A stretch of 58,284 nucleotides of DNA, counting the filler, from Circinaria calcarea (Eukaryota): NCBI GenBank assembly GCA_051942165.1. It is 7 parts of 7 records of this genome, joined end to end, with 100 filler letters (N's around TTAATTAATTAA, not from the genome) between each part and the next. Parts side by side here need not be neighbours in the genome. Positions count along the whole stretch, not along the records: positions 41,711 to 49,947 come from JAVECS010001150.1; positions 50,048 to 58,284 come from JAVECS010001151.1; 5 more parts are not named here. One strand, written 5' to 3'. A program made the translations under genes and the position numbers. Positions 49,726 to 58,284 of this stretch are shown here, piece after piece. A model generated the notes under the pieces. The model saw nothing but the letters and a program-made list of their open reading frames with translations. It made no database searches and had not been told where the DNA came from. Every line of letters begins with the position of its first letter. The stretch's first letter is position 1.

Positions 49726-49883
49726 ATGGGAAAGCAAGTCAAAGTTGCTGCCGTGCAAGCCGAACCCGCATGGCTCGACCTCCAAGGCTCGGTGCAAAAG
49801 GTCATATCCCTCATCGAAGAAGCCGGCAAGAATGGCGCCAACGTCCTGGGCTTTCCGGAAGTCTTTATTCCTGGTTACCCCTG
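49726..49883 (+). CDS. Nitrilase (carbon-nitrogen hydrolase), first exon only; truncated by contig end
   Basis: [25 protein letters not shown]...[17 protein letters not shown] contains the catalytic Glu motif FPE; a GTAAGC donor follows. Confidence 0.93.
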
Positions 49884-49947
49884 GTAAGCAAATTGCGCGT
49901 ATCTACTGCCGAGCCCATGATGGTGACGCTTGATCGATGGCTTCACA

Positions 49948-50047
49948 NNNNNNNNNNNNNNNNNNNNNNNNNNNNNNNNNNNNNNNNNNNNTTAATTAAT
50001 TAANNNNNNNNNNNNNNNNNNNNNNNNNNNNNNNNNNNNNNNNNNNN
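49948..50047. other. Artificial contig linker
   Basis: 44 N + TTAATTAATTAA + 44 N. Confidence 0.99.
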
Positions 50048-51900
50048 GCTCCGGTCACGCCAAAGACTTGCAGGAGACGGGGAAAGGTAATCGAAAGCGC
50101 GGCGGCCCAAAACAGACAAGTCGCTACCGCCCAACTCATGCCCACTTCACGATGTGATAGCGGAAAGACCTCGGCCGAATATGTAAATGGCACCGGACCC
50201 TCACCGGGTGAATAGAAGGCGGCAAAGAGGAAAACGAAGAAGGCGATCATCCCGAGATGTGCTCTGCTCTCCTCCGGGATGTAAAAGCAAAATCCGGCGG
50301 CAAGAAGCGTCCATGCCATCTGAGGGAAGGTGAAGAGGAGAAGGGTTCGGCGGCCCCACGTATCAATAGTCCATACGGCAGGCCAGGCGAAAACGAAGTT
50401 GACGAGGCCAAATCCCCAGGATGCGAGGAGTGCTTCGAGATCGTTCGCTCCAGACAATTTGAAAATTGTCGAAGAATAAAAGGCAACAATGTTGATACCA
50501 CACATTTGTTGGGCCAACATGACCGTGAAGGATGCGAGCGTCGCGCGACGGACCCGTGGGATCGTGAAGAGTTCAATGAAGCGGGTTACGTAGTTGTTGC
50601 GACCGATGATGGAGGATTCTTCAAGAAGTTGAGCGTGGATGTAGTACAGGTCGCGCGCCGCTTGAAGTGGAGTATTTCGGAGGCGACAAAGAGACTTGAA
50701 CGCATCCTTATAACGACCTTTCTTGATGTACCAACGTGGCGACTCGGGGCAAATGTAAACACCAAAGACCAAAGGCAGAGCCGGGATAAATGCGGAACCT
50801 AGCTGGAGACGCCAGGAGATGGCTCCCGTATTGTACACAGCTAGATTGGCGCAGAATCCGAGAAAGATACCTGGCGTATGAATCAGCTAAATTCCATTCA
50901 ATCAACTTTTCGGTTCAGTAACTACTCACCGAATGCAGTCCACATCTGCCAGCTCATAACGAGACCGCCACGGATAGACGCTGGACAATTCTCTGCCGCA
51001 TAAATGGGGATGACAGAAGCTTTGCATCCCATGCCGATACCTAGTAGGAGACGGGTGACAAAGAGCTGTTGCCAGTTTTGGGACACGGCAGATCCGATGA
51101 CAGGAATCAAGCAGAAGATAGCGGATACAAATATTGTACCACGGCGACCAAAATAGTTGTTGAGGGGGTCGGAAAGCCAACAGCCACTGCAGCAACAGGT
51201 TAGCGACGGACAGTGATGATGCACTGAGTGTGTTCACCGAACTTACAGGAATGCAGAGGCGATATAAGGACCAGCGTTGACAACACCGACGATCCATCCG
51301 TTAGTAGCAGTTGCACCCTCACCCGCGTCCGGTACACCAAAGGCAACTGGCCAAGACAAATTTGCACCATTGGAGCCGGTCTGATCCCACCCTTGAACGG
51401 CGGCGCCCACCGAACAGAGGATGACGGTAGTGTAGAGTGCTCTGGGCTGACGCCACTTATGGAGGACCTCATTCCTAAGGGCTTCACGTTCCGGGTCTTC
51501 TAGCTCGGCAATTTGCTCGAATGCCGGAGGATTCTGAGCGACCAGCGCACCCTTCTGAACAAGAGGGATGAGGTCTGTCATGTCGACATCACGGCAAAAC
51601 TCTTCCACATTATGGAAAAGGGTGGCGCGTGGGATACCGGCAAGGGGATTCTGGATTCTGGCGGAGCATGTTAGGGTACAAAGGCTTCCCGCATTTGGAC
51701 TATATTCGAGACTTACCTGGCGGAGATATTCTTATTCAAACTGACGGACTGCTGACGACCTCGCTCGGGCTCGTCAACATCAACACTGAATACCGAGTTA
51801 GTCTGGCCGTTTATTCGATTATCCTGAAAGTAAGCCGTCCGACTTACTCTTGCTCGACATGCGAGAGATCTGCCTTCTCGGAGTAACCTCCGTTGGCCAT
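50048..51900 (-). CDS. MFS sugar porter family transporter (myo-inositol/polyol-type), multi-exon, 3' truncated
   Basis: Motifs [74 protein letters not shown] and [22 protein letters not shown] at 51900 (MANGGYSEK). Confidence 0.95.
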
Positions 51901-53963
51901 CGTGATACTTGACAATGGGAAGACAGCAGGATTGTTGGATAATGGGAAGCTCCCTTGACCGTGTTAATGGAGGAGGAGGAGAAAGAAACAGACGAGAGGT
52001 GGGGAAGGGGAGGCATGATATAGGCTACCGTCCAGGTTCAATGGTGATCCCCACAAATCCACTTTGCAGCTTCGAAGAAAAAAGGCCGGGACCGTTTGCA
52101 GCTAGCGCCAGATGCGGCCGACTGGGATCCTTCAATGTAACCTTACAGAGGTAGCCCATCGACTCTCAGATCCAGGCGACTTTCCCGGCCCCGCTTTTTT
52201 GCCTTGAACGACCGAGTAAGCTTTAGCGGCCGAATACGCTAACCACGGCCGCAAAGTCCAAAACCTAACGCCCATCCATGATCCTACCAGTAGTCTATTA
52301 CAGAGTAGGGCATATCTCTCCGAAAGTCATGTCCTGCCTGCGAGCGAATACCGAGGGAATCACCAAAACTGCCCCGGCCGTGGATTAAAATAAACCCCAC
52401 CCAGCGGGACAAAGAATTTTCAGGTTGCCCGCAGCGACCCTCTTTTCTTGGCATATTCCTCACTTCATCACCTACCCTATCAGGCATCTGCTGCTTTTCG
52501 ACGGCGGCAGCACCAAGCTGTCTTTCTTGCAGGCGCTTGCAACCACTCGGTACAGCCGAGGCCAGCCTGCATCACGGGATCTTCATGACAAAGGAATCCG
52601 TGTTCCTTTGGGTCCAAGGCCTGGATGTGGCTCAATCATTGCTGGCATTACAAAGGATGGGTCACCGTCTTTCCCTGTGTTCGCCGTCATACACCCGTTG
52701 CTCAACAATCCACGGGGAGGCACATGATCGAACTGGACTGTTTCGACGGTTAATTGTCATGGCCTGTCGGGCTGGACCGTAGAGGAGTCTCGAGGTCCAA
52801 TAATGTCCGAGGGGTCTACCTTGTGAGTTGTGGTTTGGCGCTGATCCCTTAACAATAACTACAGCGTATCCATGACCATGGTGCTGGTGTTCTCCGCATA
52901 CCCGCTCCTGCGTCTCTTTCTCAACCCTTGAAAGTAGCCTTGAATTAGACCGTAGAGGATCATGGGCCGTAAAAGTGCCTTACTTGCACTCAGTACTTAA
53001 TGCCTTATCAATGGCCGGGTTCGACGTCCAGTCCAGGCTGGCTACGGTGGTGGAGTGGATGGAGTGGAGATTAGCTCGCAGGATGCTGCTGCGGGGCCAA
53101 TGCAGTCTCTGGGGTAGGACACGGACAGGATTCCTTCTGACTGCCAATCATCTTTTGAAAGCGGTCATCTTATCGAATAATCTTATCCCTTCTCCCCCCT
53201 CCCCCCTTCTCCTCTTCTAGCCACTTATTTCCCCCAACCTCACCACGTCAAGGATCACGACAAGCACAAAAGATGCGCAATCTGAGGCCGACCGAACGGC
53301 AGTGGTTATTATTGGAGTGTCTGGATTATTTGAGCAAGGTAATGCAGCCAAGGTACCTACGGTGAAAAAGATTCGCAGCCAACAATCGTGCATTGCATGC
53401 AGATTGCAGCACGAAAAGCAGGTTTGATACCAAAGCAGGGCGCGCAAGAAATCAGTGAGAATATTCATAAGCCTGTTTCACATTCCATGACCCCTGAGCC
53501 TTGTGGACCCGTAATCCCACTTTCCTTGCAGCTCTCGTCAGCAGAGAAGAAAATGGATTCAGGATGCATTCGGCCATTCCCACAAGTCTGCCTCAAAACA
53601 CAAACTACCTAGATACGGCGTAGTTTAGATCTGACATACAGTACGGCTCATTGGCATCCGCATGCGGCGGCGGCGTTTAACGGTCGGGCCGAATGAATCC
53701 TGGGGGCGGAATGCCAAGAGATCAGCAATTGGGCTTCTCGCTAGGCGGATTCCGGAATGGGCGGGAGGAAGTTGGGAATACGGTAAGTCTTGCACTATGG
53801 CGGGTGAAAGTGGTAGAAATCGCTTTTAAGTTATGCCTGACTTCGCACTCCGGCAAATAGTTATCTCAGGGGACGACCGTTCTTGGGTCCTTGGGAGGAG
53901 CGTTACGAAAGTCTAGTACGGACAATGGGATATCGATTGTCCATGTATTTCAGTACGAAGGTG

Positions 53964-55399
53964 TCAGTCAAAGACAGTCTTCTTCCCTTCGAATACAACG
54001 GTTTTCTTTTGCTCCTTGGCCTTTTTCGCCGCTTCCCACGATGGATGCAGTGGACCATCCATAGCCTTGGGCTTTTTCTCCGTTCTTGGATGGACAGGAT
54101 CACTGTTCGCTCCACTCGCACCACGCTGGCCGGCTTCCCTGCGAGAGGACCTTGACCCCATCCTAGATCCACCCCTACCTCTTCCTCTCTTTCCTCTGCC
54201 ATCAGCACCTTGCGCACCCCTACGAGGATCCCAACCCTGAGCTCGATGTTCATTTTTGAGATGATTGGCTTTTTGACCATATTTCTTCTCTGCCAGTGCT
54301 CTTCTGGCTTGCTGACCCATTCGATTCTTCCGTGGCTGAATGTCCGCCGCATGTGCATCCTCGACAAAGTCAGAGTCGGATCCTGAAATGTAGCCGCCCA
54401 TCATGAGAGAAGGTAGGAATGTCGTGGACTTGAGGGCTGCAGTAGTTCTGGATTTAGAGGTTTCAAGCCTATTGCTAGGAGGAGTTGAACCGGATGACGA
54501 TGGCGATTGAGAGGGTGAAAGGGATCTATCGCTTAGGGAATTGTGGCTTGCCTGTCGGAAAGCATTCGCGGTCGTGTTGAAATTCTCGCCGTCGCTAAAA
54601 GCATCTTCAGAAGAGCTGCTGCTCGCAAGTCTTGACGCAAATTGTCCGTAATCAGGCTCATCCTCTTCATCTGTATTAATATTGTTCGTTGGTGAGACAT
54701 CCGAGTCACCGAATCCATCCCATGCTGGCTCCATGTGTCCCCCTTGATTTTCTTGCTTCCCTAATATGTGTGCTCCACTTGGAAGTGCGTTGTCGCTGCC
54801 TTTTCCATTCCCATTCGCTCCGAAGTCCGCCGCTCGTAAGCGTGTTCTATAAAGTTTCTCCTCTTCTAAGCCAAGTACAGCTCGCACTGACATCATGAGG
54901 TCCGCCATTGCTTCTCTGACTGGATTCGAATTGTAAAGCCTGGCCGTAACATTCGCGTGAGCCACATCGTAAGGAATACTGGACACTTCGACTTTAGCAG
55001 CAATGTACCGTGGAAAGATTGGAGACGCGGCCACGGGTTTTGTCTTCATTAGGGATCTGTAGATATGTAATTCAGCTATAGCTGAAAGGTCTATATTCTA
55101 TATGCATAATAAGCCCAATGATCCTTCTTCACGTTGAAGATACTGACCTTTAAGGCCACGATTTCGGCATCCATTCGTTTGATATCTTTATCCACATGCT
55201 TCTCTCTTGCCAACTTCTGCCGTCGACCCATCTTTTGACGCTCAAACCCTCTCCCGAGCTTGAGAGCTCGAAATACAGACTTCTTGCCATTGTCAATAAC
55301 CCCCTCTAGGTGTCTTTGTCGTTGGCGTAATTCCCGAGCTTCTAGATCTCCAAGGTTCCCGTAAATACCATCAGGGTCCCCTCGCTTCCTCTTGGCCAT
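53964..55399 (-). CDS. BUD22: Bud22 domain protein (ribosome biogenesis), 2 exons
   Basis: MAKRKR...RALKLGRGFERQKMGRR; intron 55147-55098; STTFLPSLMMGGYISGSDSD, RKNRMGQQARRALAEKKYG, LHPSWEAAKKAKE and FEGKKTVFD. Confidence 0.93.
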
Positions 55400-55837
55400 G
55401 TCCAGTAAGCTATTGGGAATGTTGCAATACAACGAAAGGTTCTGGGTGTCGAGTCAACCCGGCATTGATCCGGGACGGCAATGAACCTTCCGAGACTCCG
55501 GCCATGCAGAACACCCACTCGCTAAACAGTAGATCAAATCACGCTCGTGAACGAAATTCAGATCTTGTCACACTCCACATTTCTATGCGCTCTACACCTT
55601 GACCGCATTGCATGGCAGTGACATAGTAACCATCATCGCTGGCAGCATTACGGATCAGATATGTAATCTCTCCTAAGACCATCAAGGACGATGCGCAACA
55701 AGAGAGCTTGACAAGTACAGGTTGAGAAAGCGCACGAATGTAAAAAGGAAGACTGCTTTGGCTATCCGTTAACAGCAATATAACTGGAAGCTCTGCCTAT
55801 ACACCAGCCTCTTTCTTCAATACCAGTCGTCTTCATC

Positions 55838-57051
55838 ATGCCTTCTTTGATCAACTCGGCGCGGCTCACTCTGCTATTTCTCTCTGTCATTGGGTTTTAC
55901 GGGACTTGGTATCTAACCCTCAACAACGGTACTCTCCAAAAACTGGCTCATATCAGGGACGTGGGACCTCGAAAACTTCCCGGAACCGAGGCACCACTGA
56001 AACTCTCCTATACTGGCTTCGAGTTCGTGGACCATCAATTGACCGTCTTGACTTTATTCTTTTGGGAGACGGTAGATGGCAGTATGCCGCACGCGTCGTT
56101 GTATGTACTTTACTTCGGTGGACAAATTGCTGGTGCTTATGGATTGGTCATGGTCGAAAGTATGCGAGCCGGTACTCGTTGGCGACTAGTCTCCTTGTAA
56201 GATGCGTGATACTCGACTTATATGGACTGGGATGCTAATTTTGCTGCAGTGTGATGCTCTGGGGATTCCTGATGCAAAGTGTTACCTATGGGGTAGTCAT
56301 GCCGCTGTACTTGGCATTGCATCTCTTGACCTCCAAGACCGTCGCACCCTCCGAGGAAAATATCTCTATGCAAGTGATAGAGCTGATATGCACGGTTCCG
56401 TCAATGATTCTTGGTTACGTTGTGCCCTCAATCCTGCTGAGTTTGCCTGTTCCATCTGTCTTGAGTTACGAGGGAAAACAAGTTGCGATGGCGCTGTGGC
56501 AGGTATTCCCTCTTTGGGTTGCTTTATTACACTCTCTGTCGACATATATTGTCACACTACAAACGCGCACCATGCGAAGACCCGTGACGGAGGACAACCG
56601 GAATACCATGTCGATCCTTCGATTGGTGTACACGTTCTTCCTCACGCTAACTGGAATCAGTCATATATTCGCTGGAGTTTTGATGCTAACATCCATGATT
56701 TTCCCTGGCCTGTTCGCACCCGAAGCCGTTGGAATATTCAATTTGTCAAAGGTTGCCATACCAATTACCATGACCTCTTCTATCGAAGTTTCGTCAATTG
56801 GAGAGGGTACACTCCTACTATTTCAGTATGATAACACGGTTGGATCCGCCGCAATGCTTTTATGGGCAACCGTGATGTATATCAGGGCCTGTGAACGAGT
56901 TGGAACCAGTCTGAGCTCGGCGAGACTTCTTATGCAGGTTGTGGCACTAACCGCAGTCGCTGGACCGGTGGGATGTGCAATTGTTATGATCTGGTCCCGC
57001 GACGAGCTAGTGCACAGTGAGAAAGACATTCAAAGAAGGAAAGCTATGTGA
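55838..57051 (+). CDS. Integral membrane protein of the CtvD/AurD/PaxA(AtmA)-like epoxide hydrolase/cyclase family, 2 exons
   Basis: Multi-TM protein with YTG...VDHQL..L..FFW..VDG, FGGQ, VESMRAG, WGFLMQ...GVVMPLY, LGYVVPS, ALWQVFP, FQYD and GP......IWSRD; intron 56197-56249. Confidence 0.75.
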
Positions 57052-57661
57052 GGCCTTCCCTTCTTTCTAGACCTTGCAAACTATGGGAACAGCTGTACGC
57101 GACACAGTTTGGAAAAGCAAGCAAATGATGGCGGCAGGACCTTGAGCATACCCTTTGTCCAGAGTAATCGCTTTCAGCGATGTATTTACAGCTCCTAGTC
57201 TAGTGAATCTGAAGTCGAGGAGGCTCTGTCTTCACCATGAAGAACCACGGCAGACTTGGCTTTCGATAACTTTTTCTTGAGCAGAGCCACTATGACATGG
57301 CAACAGGTATAAATGATTCTTTTGATTCACAACCATATTCACCGAACAGGAATATCCAATCTGGAATGTCCAGTCTGGAACACAACGCATGAGGAGCCAC
57401 TCGCTTAGCTTCTGTCCTTAGCGTCCGGCACGCCAACACTTCCGAGGCTCCTACCAATTCTTCCTTCGCTCTTCCACATCTCAAACATCCACACAACCTT
57501 CAGCAGGTGAACCACAAACACGCGTCTGCTCAAAAGGATGGTCGGATCAACAGGTAAGGCTATACGACTCCCATCTCGTGACGGATATGGATATTGAACG
57601 CCTTTACACAGTCCGCTAATCGGCAACAAACCTTGCAACCATTACCAGCGTTCAAGACACA

Positions 57662-58284
57662 ATGGTGGGCAAATCAGGACGGTCCACGAAGTAGGCATTG
57701 GATTCCTCCAAATCTTTTGCGTTCTCCGAATACTGATGAGTTGAATAAGGGCCCGTGGTTGGACCCGATCAGCCCGTGAAGATGCGAAGTTTGAGGATGC
57801 GGACGATGATGACTTCCTCTCCATCAACCCGTTAACCCGCGACGAGTCAAAGCCATTTCGGTTTGTTGACTTGAGTGGGGAAATGAAAAACATGATTTAT
57901 TTGTACCTTGTAACTCCGGACAAGGGAGAGCCTCTAAGGCTTACGAAGACCTACTCCCGACGCAGTCAAATCTCCACCGCGATCCTCTACGTGGATCGCC
58001 AGGTACACCAAGAGGCGTCCGCGGTCCTCTACAGCAGGAACACCTTACAGATTACTCCTGGCTACCGTCCAAAGCAGATCCTCCGTAAAGACCAAGACCT
58101 TGGAGCGACGCGACGTTTGCGAAACGGTCGATTGAGCGGCAGCACCAAGTTTACCGGCATTATCTATCCACATGTGCTGCGTCGCTTTAGGAAGATCGAA
58201 CTTGCACTTCGAGTGGACCTGTACGCTAGCGTGATACCGGTGCCTATCCGGGCTGAAATGGTTGGATTGACCCTGCTCAAAGGA
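57662..58284 (+). CDS. F-box-like hypothetical protein, 3' truncated
   Basis: MVGKSGRST|KARGW..., then PFRFVDLSGEMKNMIYLYLV and AILYVDRQVHQEASAVLYSRN, matching the common fungal F.DLP.E.RN.IY...IL.V.RQ...EA..VLY..N pattern. The frame is open to the end of the window. Confidence 0.8.

Noticed and set aside
49564..51900. Apparent nitrilase and transporter cluster
   Set aside because: The two genes are on different contigs separated by an artificial linker.

Overview
Filamentous ascomycete (Pezizomycotina) genomic DNA with short GT-AG introns and CTRAY branch sites. The window is not one locus. It is seven contigs of 8247, 8246, 8241, 8239, 8237, 8237 and 8237 bp, sorted by size and joined by six artificial 100-nt linkers (44 N + TTAATTAATTAA + 44 N), so gene neighbourhood only means something within a contig. 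Contig 1: a 21-nt-repeat heptad coiled-coil gene between diverged direct repeats, and a head-to-head pair made of an HSPA12-type Hsp70-like gene (with a TAG at a conserved Trp) and a coiled-coil protein with a possible GrpE/MIEAP-like beta head. Contig 2: a Pth11-like receptor, a Mutator-type MITE and an apparently intact SesB-like hydrolase/NB-ARC/TPR NLR. Contig 3: a single-pass membrane protein and an MFS transporter. Contig 4: 2-methylcitrate dehydratase, a secreted Cys-rich protein and small pseudogenes. Contig 5: a GPI-anchored protein, a HET-family remnant, a NACHT-TPR pseudogene, GGGAGCA-unit repeats and a 267-bp foldback MITE. Contig 6: grg1, a secreted protein with one premature stop and the 5' end of a nitrilase. 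Contig 7: a sugar porter, BUD22, a CtvD/AurD/PaxA-like membrane protein and an F-box-like gene. Many nonsense lesions fit RIP-type CpA->TpA changes. Gene models and family calls come from manual translation and motif recognition; no database searches were run.
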